DNA of 35,487 nt from Pirellulales bacterium (GTDB taxonomy: Bacteria > Planctomycetota > Planctomycetia > Pirellulales > UBA1268), in contig JBBEEF010000239.1 of NCBI GenBank assembly GCA_040880915.1, positions 17,867 to 53,353 of the forward strand. Reading direction: 5' to 3'. The notes under the pieces were generated by a model, which ran no database searches, was not told the origin of the DNA, and worked only from the letters and a program-made list of their open reading frames with translations. Numbering within the stretch: position 1 is the first letter of the stretch; each line of letters begins with the position of its first letter. This document shows positions 18,054-27,281 of this stretch, one piece after another. Made by a program: the position numbers and the translations under genes.

Positions 18054-19902
18054 AGGCCGGCGACTTCCAACAGCTAACCCCTCCCCAAATCCTGAGCCAC
18101 GATGCTGTCTCGGGAGCGTCACTGTGAACGGCGTGACCGTGGACTAACTCGATGAGCCGGTCACTCCCGACCGGCTCCCGAGCCACCCACGGAATGATCG
18201 CCACCCGCGGCACACCACGAACCACGCGCTCGATGTGGAGCAACTCCTCTCGGGCCCGGGCGACGAGCAGCGGATCGCGGGGCGACGCCGCGGCGAGCGA
18301 CGAGTTGACCACCCAGGCCCAGGGCTCGATGCCCGCCCGGCGGAGATCAGCCTGGAGCGACTCGGCCTCGAGCACCGGCGTCGTCTCCGGCAGGGTGACG
18401 ATCACCATCTTCGTCTGAGCGGGGTCCTGCAGTCGCATCATGGGCGTCACGACCCGAACATCAGGGCTCAGGTGCCGCACGACATCACGGTGGTAGGCGC
18501 CCGTGGCGTCGATCAAAAGCAGCGTGTGTCCGGTCGGCGCGGTGTCAACGACCACGAACTTTCGCCGGGCCTCCTGCATCACCCGCGAGAGGGCCTGGAA
18601 GACGGCGATTTCTTCCGTGCAGGGCGAGCGGAGATCCTCTTCCAAAAGTGCACGGGCATGCTCGTCGAGTGCCGCTCCCTGGGTCGCCAGCACGTGCTCC
18701 CGATACCTGTCCCGCTCGGCCTCGGGATCGATCGAATCGACCACGAGGCGTGTGGCGAGACTCGCCGGCAGCGCAGCCTCGAGCGTCATCGCCAGATGGG
18801 CCGCCGGATCGGTGGTGGTGAGGTGCACGTCGTGGCCGCGGGCAGCCAGCTCCACGGCGATCGCCGCCGCGACCGTCGTCTTGCCGACGCCCCCCTTGCC
18901 GAGCACCATCACCAGGCCGTGGCCTTCCTGCTCGATCTGATCGATGAGTGTGGCTAGCGGAAGCAGTGGCGGCAGCCTTCCCAGCTCGGCGGCCGGAGGA
19001 GTCGGAAGCGTATCGGCGGCGGGGGCCAGGAGGGCTCGCAAGGCGGTGACGCCGACCATGTTTCGCGGCTGCAGCGGCACCCGCTCCTGGGGCAACGCCC
19101 GCAGCGCCTCCGGCATGCCACTCAGGGCCTGGGCCTCGCGACCGCGAACCGCTGCGGCCAGCGGATCGTCAGTTTTCGAGTCGGGGAGGATGCCGTTGAT
19201 CACGAGCCGCTGGTTCGCGATACCGATGGCTGCGAGTTCGCGGCTGGTACGGTCAGCTTCGGCAAGCGCGGCACGCTGTGGTCGGGCCACGAGCACCATC
19301 GTTGTGGCCGCGCCGTTGGCCAGCTCGGCCACCGCGCGGGCGTATTGCTGACGCTGCTTGTCGAGCCCCGACAGGGGCCCCAAACAGGACGCCCCGGACC
19401 GGCTCGAGTCGAGAAAGTTGGACCAGGCCGTGGGCAGCTGCAAGAGCCGCAGCGTGTGCCCGGTGGGTGCCGTATCGAAGACGACGTGGTCATACCTTCC
19501 CGTCGCCAGGCCGTCGGTGAGCAGACCGGTGAATTCATCGAAGGCGGCGATCTCGGTCGTGCAGGCACCGGAGAGCTGTTCCTCCATGCCCTTGACGGTG
19601 TCGGCGGGCAGGATCCCGCGCACCGGCCCAATGACGCGATCCCGATAGGCCTGGGCAGCGGCTTCTGGATCGATGTTGAGGGCGTCCAGGCCCGACACGC
19701 CCTCGACAGGGGTCGGCACCTCCGCGCCGATCGAGATTCCGAAGACCTGGCCGAGGTTCGAGGCTGGATCGGTGCTCACCAGGAGCACCTTGCGGCCCCG
19801 ATCGGCGAGCGTCACGGCCGTCGCGCAGGCCAGCGAAGTTTTGCCAACGCCCCCCTTGCCCGTGAAGAACAACAGCCGCGTGGGTTGATCCACGAGTTTC
19901 AT
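18040..19902 (-). CDS. arsA: Arsenite-stimulated ATPase ArsA (two-domain)
   Basis: Two P-loops (GKGGVGKTS, GKGGVGKTT), two DTAPTGHTL signatures, and metalloid-binding Cys contexts (SGACTTEIAAFDEF, GASCLGP, SPCTEEIAVFQ). Confidence 0.95.
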   Translation of the reverse strand: MKLVDQPTRLLFFTGKGGVGKTSLACATAVTLADRGRKVLLVSTDPASNLGQVFGISIGAEVPTPVEGVSGLDALNIDPEAAAQAYRDRVIGPVRGILPADTVKGMEEQLSGACTTEIAAFDEFTGLLTDGLATGRYDHVVFDTAPTGHTLRLLQLPTAWSNFLDSSRSGASCLGPLSGLDKQRQQYARAVAELANGAATTMVLVARPQRAALAEADRTSRELAAIGIANQRLVINGILPDSKTDDPLAAAVRGREAQALSGMPEALRALPQERVPLQPRNMVGVTALRALLAPAADTLPTPPAAELGRLPPLLPLATLIDQIEQEGHGLVMVLGKGGVGKTTVAAAIAVELAARGHDVHLTTTDPAAHLAMTLEAALPASLATRLVVDSIDPEAERDRYREHVLATQGAALDEHARALLEEDLRSPCTEEIAVFQALSRVMQEARRKFVVVDTAPTGHTLLLIDATGAYHRDVVRHLSPDVRVVTPMMRLQDPAQTKMVIVTLPETTPVLEAESLQADLRRAGIEPWAWVVNSSLAAASPRDPLLVARAREELLHIERVVRGVPRVAIIPWVAREPVGSDRLIELVHGHAVHSDAPETASWLRIWGGVSCWKSPASRGP

Positions 19903-19939
19903 GGTCGCACTCCAGGGTGTCCCGTTGGCAGTGCTGACC

Positions 19940-20290
19940 TTAGCAGCAACCTGTCTTGATCACCGACAGTTCCGGAAGTGCTGCGCACGGCACGCCCACC
20001 CAGCCCGCCAGTTGAGTGCGGGTGGGATACGTCCCCCGGCTCACCACCTTGCCATCGACAGCCACCACAGGCAGGCATGCTGCGCCGTGGGCTTCGAGTT
20101 CCTGTCGAACCAAGCCGCTGGCGGCGAAGGCCTCCGGTTGCTGGGCCGGATTGAGCCGCTCGACCTCAACCCCCTGCCGCGCAAGCCAGAGCAGGTCTGC
20201 TGAGAAGTTCACGAGTGCCGGATCGACCTCCGGCCCGCACACCCCGCTGGAACAGCACATCGGCTTGTCGAACACACTGAGCTTTGGCAT
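19940..20290 (-). CDS. arsD: Arsenic metallochaperone / weak repressor ArsD
   Basis: MPKLSVFDKPMCCSSGVCGPEVD carries the Cys12/13/18 motif. GGAGG lies 7 nt upstream of ATG 20290. The rest of the 401-aa ORF is antisense to acr3. Confidence 0.92.
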   Translation of the reverse strand: MPKLSVFDKPMCCSSGVCGPEVDPALVNFSADLLWLARQGVEVERLNPAQQPEAFAASGLVRQELEAHGAACLPVVAVDGKVVSRGTYPTRTQLAGWVGVPCAALPELSVIKTGCC

Positions 20291-20374
20291 CGCAGACCTC
20301 CATTTCGATACCTCCATACTATCGCGGCCCTCGCCCCAGAGCACACTGCGTGTGGCGTCCCGTAGAATATTTCC
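20291..20374. promoter_or_regulatory. Divergent arsDA / acr3 control region
   Basis: An 84-bp gap between divergent starts. It contains a direct 8-mer acctccat x2 (20296-20303, 20310-20317) and the palindrome CACAC-TGC-GTGTG (20342-20354). Function is inferred only from position. Confidence 0.4.
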
Positions 20375-21586
20375 ATGAAACACGCCTCGCCCACCAGCCC
20401 GCCCGCCGGCGGCATCGGATTTTTTGAGCGGTATCTCACGCTGTGGGTGCTCCTGTGCATCATCGCTGGCATCACGCTTGGCAGACTCGCCCCCAACCTG
20501 GCCACGGCGCTCGACCGGATGGCTGTAACTGTGGACGGCGCTCCGGTGATCTCGATCCCGATCGCGATCTGCCTGTTTTTCATGATGTATCCGATCATGG
20601 TCAAGATCGACTTCAGCGAGGTGCTGCGGGCGGGGCAGTCGCTCCGGCCCGTCCTGCTCACGCTCGTCGTGAACTGGGCGATCAAGCCGTTCACGATGTA
20701 CGCGATCGCCACCTTCTGCCTGGGCACGCTCTTCCTGCCCTTCATCGGGCCGGCCGCCGTTGACCACGTGACCATGCCGCTGGGGATGAACCTCGACGTG
20801 GGGCAGGCTTACGGGGCGGGCACGGTTGTGCTCCACGAGGGCGTGAAGATGCTCGAAGTGCCGCTCTGGCGGAGCTACCTCGCCGGCTGCATCCTGCTTG
20901 GGATCGCCCCCTGCACGGCGATGGTGCTCGTCTGGGGCCACCTCGCACGGGGCAATGCCGGCCACACGCTCGTCATGGTCGCCGTCAACTCGCTCACGAT
21001 GCTCGTGCTCTACGGCGCCCTCGGCGGCCTGCTCCTGGGCATGGGCAGGCTCCCGGTGCCCTGGCGAGCGCTCTTGCTTTCGATCGGTGTCTACGTGGCC
21101 CTGCCGCTCGTCGCGGGGATCGTGTCGCAGCGGTTGATCGTGCAAAAATTCGGCCGGGCATGGTTCGAAGAGCGGTTTCTCCGCTGGCTCCAGCCGGTCA
21201 CGATCACAGCCCTGCTCCTGACGCTCGTGCTCCTGTTCTCATTCAAGGGGGACACGATCGTGGCCAACCCGCTCACGATCCTGTGGATCGCGATCCCCCT
21301 CTTGATCCAGACCGTGCTGATCTTCGCGGTAACCTACGGACTGGCCAAGCTATTCGGGTTCACCTACGAGAATGCGGCGCCCTCGGCCATGATCGGTGCC
21401 TCGAACCACTTCGAGGTGGCGATCGCCACCGCGGCGATGCTTTACGGCCTCGCCTCGGGAGCGGCGCTCGCGACGGTGGTCGGCGTGCTCATCGAGGTGC
21501 CAGTGATGCTCCTGCTCGTGCGATTCTGCCTGCGGACGCAAAGCTGGTTTCCCGATCCGCCCCCGGCACCACACGCCGCACCATAG
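20375..21586 (+). CDS. acr3: ACR3-family arsenite efflux permease
   Basis: [14 protein letters not shown], the signature [14 protein letters not shown] containing the essential Cys, and [11 protein letters not shown]. Confidence 0.93.
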   Translation: MKHASPTSPPAGGIGFFERYLTLWVLLCIIAGITLGRLAPNLATALDRMAVTVDGAPVISIPIAICLFFMMYPIMVKIDFSEVLRAGQSLRPVLLTLVVNWAIKPFTMYAIATFCLGTLFLPFIGPAAVDHVTMPLGMNLDVGQAYGAGTVVLHEGVKMLEVPLWRSYLAGCILLGIAPCTAMVLVWGHLARGNAGHTLVMVAVNSLTMLVLYGALGGLLLGMGRLPVPWRALLLSIGVYVALPLVAGIVSQRLIVQKFGRAWFEERFLRWLQPVTITALLLTLVLLFSFKGDTIVANPLTILWIAIPLLIQTVLIFAVTYGLAKLFGFTYENAAPSAMIGASNHFEVAIATAAMLYGLASGAALATVVGVLIEVPVMLLLVRFCLRTQSWFPDPPPAPHAAP

Positions 21587-21608
21587 TGACCGCCCAGCCG
21601 AGCCAGGC

Positions 21609-22325
21609 TCAGCCGCTGCCCGGGAGTTCGCCTACCCGGCCGACGTAAAGCCAGTCAACAAACGACTCGTTTACATGCCGATTGTGGTAGCGGACCGGAT
21701 GCACAAGCACGTCGGTAAACACCTCACGCATCGCCTCCATGAGCGACCGATCAGCCTCATACGACCACATGGCAAGCATCCCCTCGCCGGCCAGATGAGT
21801 GGCGGCCTGCCTGAGGCCGGCCGCGGTGTAGAACTCGCTACGGCCGCCTGAGAGGGTGTCGGTGGGCGAGTGATCGACATCGATGAGAATCGCGTCGAAT
21901 CGCCCGGCGCCGGGAGCCGCCAGCAGGCGTTCGTACACGTCGCCTTCGGTGATGCGGAGGCGAGCGTCCTGGGAAAGCATTTCCGCAAGCGGCCCGAGGC
22001 CTGCCCGCAGCCAGCCGATCACCTGCGGGAGAAACTCCACCACCTCCACCTCCACGACCCGCGCAGACTCGAGTGCCGCGGCGACGGTAAAGCCGAGCCC
22101 CAGGCCGCCGACGAGCACGCGGAGATTCCCGCGGGAGAGCCGCTCGAGCGGAAACGTGGCGAGTGTCCGCTCGGAGTCGGTGTGCAGGCTGCTCATCAGA
22201 AACTCGTGATTGAGCGTCACTTCGGTGACCCACGCCTGCGGCTCGGAGAGCGTGAGCCGCCGTCGCAGACAGAGCGGCCCGAGGGGCGTGTCCTCGTAGG
22301 CAAGGATCTTGAGACCGTCGGCCAT
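21609..22325 (-). CDS. Spermidine-synthase-like class I methyltransferase-fold protein (distant paralog of 16109..16828)
   Basis: VLVGGLGLGFTVAAAL, FDAILIDVDHSP, and the same domain order as 16109..16828. Start taken at MADGLKIL (22325). Confidence 0.7.
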   Translation of the reverse strand: MADGLKILAYEDTPLGPLCLRRRLTLSEPQAWVTEVTLNHEFLMSSLHTDSERTLATFPLERLSRGNLRVLVGGLGLGFTVAAALESARVVEVEVVEFLPQVIGWLRAGLGPLAEMLSQDARLRITEGDVYERLLAAPGAGRFDAILIDVDHSPTDTLSGGRSEFYTAAGLRQAATHLAGEGMLAMWSYEADRSLMEAMREVFTDVLVHPVRYHNRHVNESFVDWLYVGRVGELPGSG

Positions 22326-22428
22326 GTCCGTTTTCTCCACCTGTTTACCGGTCGAACGCTGGCGGAAGCGTCGGCCGTTGGGTTTGCCACATGGCATAGG
22401 TCAGGGATGCTGGTTTCAATCCGGCCGG

Positions 22429-24015
22429 CTAGCGCACGGCTGAGAAAGTCAGCTCCCGGTATTCCCGGGCCATGTAGTCGGCATCCCAGGCCGACTGAAA
22501 AAGCACGACCGGGTTGCCATCCTGATCGTGCACCAGCCGCGCCGTGCTCATGATCCGCACGGTCGGCAACAGCTCACGCCCGCCCGTGATCCAGCGGGCG
22601 ATCGTGTAGGGCAGCCACTGGAGGGCCGTGGGGGTTGAATACTCGTTTTCCAGCCGGAACCGGACGACGTCGAATTGGAGTTCCCCCACGCCCCCGAGAA
22701 TCGGCTCGCGGACGATCGCCGCCGGATCGTGGAACAGTTGCACCACGCCCTCCTCGAGCAACTGCGACAGCCCGCGCTCGAACTGCTTGCGCCGGATCGT
22801 GTCCTGGCACCGCAGGGTCGCGAACCGCTCTGGGGCGAAGGTCGGCAGCGGCTCGAAGCTGACCGGCGTCCCTTCGCAGATCGTGTCTCCCAGCCGGAAC
22901 TCACCGGGATTGACCAACCCGACGATGTCACCGGGAAAGGCCTCGTCGACCGTCTCCCGTTCCTGCCCAAACACGCGGTGGGCCCGGCGCAGGCGAATCG
23001 TCTTGCCGGTCCGCACGTGGAGCACGTCCATGTCCCGCCGGAACGTTCCCGAGCAGACCCGCACAAACGCGATCCGGTCGCGGTGGTTCGGATCGAGGTT
23101 GGCCTGGATTTTGAACACGAATCCCGCAAACGTTGGACTCGTGGGGGGCACGGGCCCAGTTCTGCTCAGCCGGGCCGTCGGTGACGGGCAGAGGGCGAGG
23201 AAGCCATGGAGAAACTGCTCGACCCCGTAGTTGGTCAGGGCACTGCCGAAAAACACTGGCGACTGGCGGCCCGCGAGAAACGCCTCGCGGTCGAAGGCGG
23301 CCCCCGCACCGGCTAGGAGCTCGGCCTCCTCGCACGCCCGGGCACCCTCCGGCGAGACCGCGGCCAGCGTCACATCGTCGATGATTTCTGCCGCCGTCCG
23401 GCGGTCCCCCTGCCGGCCCTCGAAGAGATGAGCCTGGCGACTGGCCAGGTCGAGCACGCCGGCGAAGTCCCGCCCGCCGCCGATCGGCCAGTTGGCCGCG
23501 ACCGCCGTGATGCCAAACTTCTCCTCGATTTCTGCGAGGATCGCCAGTGGCTCCCGGCCAGGTCGGTCCACCTTGTTGACGAACGTGATCACCGGCAGCC
23601 CGCGGAGGGCACAGACTTTGAAGAGCTTCTCGGTCTGTGTCTCGATTCCCTTGGCGAGGTCGATCACCATCACCGCGCAGTCGGCCGCCATCAGCGTGCG
23701 GTAGGTGTCCTCGCTGAAGTCGTGATGCCCCGGGGTGTCGAGCAGGTTGACCTGATGCCCCTCGAACTCGAACACGAGCACCGTGGAGTTCACGGAGATG
23801 CCTCGCTGCTTCTCGAGCTCCATCCAGTCGGAGCGGGCGGCACGTTGCGTCTTACGACCGCGGACCGCCCCGGCCACCTCGACGCAGCCGCCGTAGAGAA
23901 GGAGCTTCTCGGTGAGCGTGGTCTTGCCGGCGTCAGGATGCGAGATAATCGCAAACGTCCGCCGCCGCAGAATCTCCTGCTCGAGCCGGCGGTCGATCAG
24001 CTGCGTTGTGGACAC
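22429..24015 (-). CDS. prfC: Peptide chain release factor 3 (GTPase)
   Basis: RRTFAIISHPDAGKTTLTEKLLLYGG, DTPGHHDFSEDT, FVNKVDR. I place the start at GTG 24015 (VSTTQLIDRR). The ORF is open to 24132, but that extension is Trp/Cys/Asp-rich and not RF3-like. Confidence 0.93.
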   Translation of the reverse strand: MSTTQLIDRRLEQEILRRRTFAIISHPDAGKTTLTEKLLLYGGCVEVAGAVRGRKTQRAARSDWMELEKQRGISVNSTVLVFEFEGHQVNLLDTPGHHDFSEDTYRTLMAADCAVMVIDLAKGIETQTEKLFKVCALRGLPVITFVNKVDRPGREPLAILAEIEEKFGITAVAANWPIGGGRDFAGVLDLASRQAHLFEGRQGDRRTAAEIIDDVTLAAVSPEGARACEEAELLAGAGAAFDREAFLAGRQSPVFFGSALTNYGVEQFLHGFLALCPSPTARLSRTGPVPPTSPTFAGFVFKIQANLDPNHRDRIAFVRVCSGTFRRDMDVLHVRTGKTIRLRRAHRVFGQERETVDEAFPGDIVGLVNPGEFRLGDTICEGTPVSFEPLPTFAPERFATLRCQDTIRRKQFERGLSQLLEEGVVQLFHDPAAIVREPILGGVGELQFDVVRFRLENEYSTPTALQWLPYTIARWITGGRELLPTVRIMSTARLVHDQDGNPVVLFQSAWDADYMAREYRELTFSAVR

Positions 24016-24412
24016 GGAATGGTCACCCTCGCGGAACCATGAATCGCATGAATCGGGCAGGACTCCCACACCAAACCACCACCCCCTGCGGCAGGAATCG
24101 GCTGCCGCCCAATCCGCGGCGGCGGGTACCAACCGGCACGCTCGGTACGAAGCAGACCGCCGGAGTTGGCAGGAGACAGAACTGCGTCTCAGCCAATACG
24201 GAAGAATATGACGGCGTCAGGGGGGAAGCACGGTTTGCCGCACGAGTTCATTCCAAAAAACAGAAGCGACGCGGCACAGAATCACGATGCCAAACTTTTT
24301 CCGAGTATATCTTTTAAACAATGTGTCGCAACATCACGCTGTCGCCCCGCGTGACCGTGACCTCTCCTCGACGGCACCTGCACTGGAACGCACCTGGGAG
24401 CCGCCGCGGCGG

Positions 24413-25150
24413 ATGGCGGCCGGCATGAAGAGAATCGAGGAATCCCGGTTTGACGCGGTCTCCAGCGAGGTCCACGACCTGCGGCTGACGACCGTCGTTG
24501 ACCGGCTCCTCGAGAGCGGATCGCGGCGGGTGGTCGATCTCGGCTGCGGCGGAGGGGTGTTGCTGGTCAGGCTCGCATGGCATGCAGAGTTTGAGCGGAT
24601 CGTGGGGATCGACTCCGATCAGCAGGCACTGGCTGCCGCGCGATCCGCCCTCGAGTTTCTACCCGCCGAGCGGCAGGCCGTAGTTCAACTGCACCATGGC
24701 TCGTTCATCTCGCCCGAACTTCTGCCCGAAGACTGCGACGCGGCGACGCTCGTGGAGACCATCGAGCATGTCGATCCGCGGGATCTCTCACGGCTCGAAC
24801 AGGGAGTGTTCCGACGGCTTCGTCCCCGGACAGTGCTCGTGTCAACGCCCAATCAGGATTACAACTCGCTGCTCGGGCTGGCAGCCGACGAGTTCCGGCA
24901 CGCCGATCATCGGTTCGAATGGTCGCGAGCCAGGTTTCACCGCTGGGCGACGGGCGTGGCACAGCGGCATGGCTATGCCGTGAAGGTGAGCGGTATCGGC
25001 CGTCACGACCCGGTCTGCGGCAGTTGCACCCAGATGGCGGACTTCCGGCGGGAACCGGCGGCCGAATCGCCTGACCCGCCGACACCAGGAAGCTCCCCAA
25101 CAAGCGGGGGCCCGCCTCACGCCTCCACGCGCTCGGTGAGCACGTGGTAG
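24413..25150 (+). CDS. Stand-alone Hen1-type RNA 3'-terminal ribose 2'-O-methyltransferase domain protein
   Basis: VVDLGCGGG (SAM loop), [42 protein letters not shown] and CTQMADF. These are collinear with the C-terminal methyltransferase half of bacterial Hen1. The start is ATG 24413 or 24425. The low-complexity tail overlaps the convergent SulP gene by 34 nt. Confidence 0.8.
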   Translation: MAAGMKRIEESRFDAVSSEVHDLRLTTVVDRLLESGSRRVVDLGCGGGVLLVRLAWHAEFERIVGIDSDQQALAAARSALEFLPAERQAVVQLHHGSFISPELLPEDCDAATLVETIEHVDPRDLSRLEQGVFRRLRPRTVLVSTPNQDYNSLLGLAADEFRHADHRFEWSRARFHRWATGVAQRHGYAVKVSGIGRHDPVCGSCTQMADFRREPAAESPDPPTPGSSPTSGGPPHASTRSVSTW

Positions 25151-26943
25151 TGGGGATCCTCACTGATGTTGACCTCGACAAGATCGCCGGCACGAACGAG
25201 CAGCCGCCGACAGTCATCGCTTAGGTGCCGGAGGTGGAGCCGCTTGCCGATCCGCTCATATCGTTCCGCGAGCGTGTTGATCGCCTCGAGCCCCGACTGG
25301 TCGTACACGCGGCTGAAGTAAAAGTCGATCACGACATCGTCGGGGTCGGTATGCGGCGTAAAGAGGTCGCGAAACCGGGTCACACTGCCAAAGAAGAGCA
25401 CGCCGTGAAGCTGGTAAATCTTGCTGCCAAACTCATTGAACGAGACGTCCGCGGCGAGGTGCTTGCTCTTGTTCCAGGCAAAGACCACGGCCGACACCGC
25501 AACGCCGAGGATGACCGCCGTGGCGAGGTCGTGCATCAGCACCGTATACCCCGCCACGAGTAGCATTGTGAGCACCTCGGCCAAGGGCAGGCGGCGCCAG
25601 GTCTGAAGAGTCGACCACTCAAAGGTGCCAATCACCACCATGAACATCACGCCCACGAGTGCCGCCATCGGAACGGCCTCGATAAACGACGACAGGAAGA
25701 GGATGAAAACCAGGAGCGTCACGGCCGCAGTAGTACCTGACAATCGGCCACGTCCACCCGATTTCACGTTGATCAACGACTGCCCGATCATCGCGCAGCC
25801 GCCCATGCCGCCAAGCAGGCCGCAGGCGACGTTTGCTACCCCTTGGCCGATACACTCCCGGTTGGTCTGGCCGCGGGTCTCGGTGAGTTCGTCCACCAGC
25901 GTGAGTGTCATGAGCGATTCGATCAGCCCCACGCCGGCCAGAATGAGCGAATAGGGCAGGATCAACCACAGTGTCTCGAGGGTCAGGAGGGGCAGCTGAA
26001 AATCCCACCACGCCGGCCGCGGTAGCCCGCCGGCGATGCCCACGGCTGCCACGTTCACGGTGTCTCGGGCAGCCGCGATTTCCTCCGGCGTGAGTGATGG
26101 CATGGTGTCGTGGTCCCTCGCTACGGCCACGAGCCCCGCAGGCAGCGACGCCGTCGCGGCGGTGAGAACCTCTGCTTGTTTCTGTCGTTCGGCCGCCGTG
26201 ATCGCGGCCGCCACGGTTCGGTCCACGAGCATGTCGCGGACCGTGATGACAGCGTGGGCTTCGGATTGGTTGGCCGAGCCGGTGGTCATCACAGATGACG
26301 CGTTGATCGCCACGGCACACCCGGTCACTACCAGGATCGCGGCCAGCGACGAGGGCACGGCCCGGGTCAGCCGGGGCAGGAACGCGATGATCGCCATCGT
26401 GAGCGCAACCAGGCCGAGCATGACCCACAGCCGCTGCCCAGTGAGAAACTCCATCCGGCCATCCGGCGCAAGCGACATGAAACTACCGATTTGGGCGAGC
26501 AGAATCACCACGGCCAACCCGTTCACAAAACCCAGCATCACCGGGTGTGGCACGAGTCGGATCAGTTTGCCCAGCCGCAGCAGCCCCACGACGACCTGAA
26601 ACAGCCCGCAGAGCACGACGGCTGGAAACAGATAACCAATCCCGTGGTCGGCGACGAGGGAGACGACAACCACCCCCATCGCACCGGTCGCACCAGAAAT
26701 CATGCCCGGCCGGCCGCCGCAGATGGAGGTGATGAGGCAGACAACGAACGCCGCGTACAGTCCGACCAGGGGCGGCGCACCGGCCAGAAATGCAAACGCG
26801 ACAGCCTCAGGCACGAGGGCCAGGGCGACGGTGATCCCGGAGAGAAAATCCGCTTTCGGTGAGCCGCTCAATCCCGATCGCAGATCAAACAAGCGAGCCG
26901 TGACCGAGAGAAAACGGGGCAGTTGAATCGTTATTTGAGCCAC
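25117..26943 (-). CDS. SulP-family anion transporter with C-terminal STAS domain
   Basis: [32 protein letters not shown], and a STAS segment ([13 protein letters not shown] ... [18 protein letters not shown]). The start is uncertain (GTG 26943 chosen; the ORF is open to 27030). Confidence 0.9.
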   Translation of the reverse strand: MAQITIQLPRFLSVTARLFDLRSGLSGSPKADFLSGITVALALVPEAVAFAFLAGAPPLVGLYAAFVVCLITSICGGRPGMISGATGAMGVVVVSLVADHGIGYLFPAVVLCGLFQVVVGLLRLGKLIRLVPHPVMLGFVNGLAVVILLAQIGSFMSLAPDGRMEFLTGQRLWVMLGLVALTMAIIAFLPRLTRAVPSSLAAILVVTGCAVAINASSVMTTGSANQSEAHAVITVRDMLVDRTVAAAITAAERQKQAEVLTAATASLPAGLVAVARDHDTMPSLTPEEIAAARDTVNVAAVGIAGGLPRPAWWDFQLPLLTLETLWLILPYSLILAGVGLIESLMTLTLVDELTETRGQTNRECIGQGVANVACGLLGGMGGCAMIGQSLINVKSGGRGRLSGTTAAVTLLVFILFLSSFIEAVPMAALVGVMFMVVIGTFEWSTLQTWRRLPLAEVLTMLLVAGYTVLMHDLATAVILGVAVSAVVFAWNKSKHLAADVSFNEFGSKIYQLHGVLFFGSVTRFRDLFTPHTDPDDVVIDFYFSRVYDQSGLEAINTLAERYERIGKRLHLRHLSDDCRRLLVRAGDLVEVNISEDPHYHVLTERVEA

Positions 26944-27281
26944 GGGGAATCCTGAGGAGGTAGCACGTGGCGGCCGCAATTCTGGGCCATCTCGGCGGGC
27001 CAATCGCCACACCGGAGCACACGCCGCCACGCGTGAGGAAAGAATCAGGCAGGAGACAGACCAGAACGGCAGCCGTTGTTCAAAGCCGGGTATTCGCAGT
27101 CAAATCAGGGCGGCAGAACAGGCTGGCTCAAGGTGAAGATCCAGAGCGGTGGCAGCATCGGTCTGTAACTAACTCACGATGGTAATCAGAACCAGGTTGG
27201 ATGCAAGGCCTGTTGACGTTCTACGAGAGACTGGACGCCGTGCGCGATCGAGGATGTGCCCGCGGCCAATGCCGGATCGCC

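Noticed and set aside
20291-21145. The upstream 285 codons of the 401-aa minus-strand ORF that contains arsD
   Set aside because: This stretch is antisense to the well-supported acr3 gene and has His/Arg/Asp/Glu-rich junk composition. ArsD homology and a GGAGG ribosome-binding site define the start at 20290.
22398-22428. A tRNA T-arm-like sequence (gctgg-tttcaat-ccggc) that might mark an island boundary or tRNA remnant
   Set aside because: No acceptor, D or anticodon arms can be built around it. It also bears no similarity to the tRNA-Pro 3' end at 16080-16104.
24340-24349. A 10-nt match (tgtcgccccg) to the tRNA-Pro 3' end (16094-16103), considered as a candidate attR
   Set aside because: The match is too short to distinguish from chance in GC-rich sequence. 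It would also place the core gene prfC inside the putative island.
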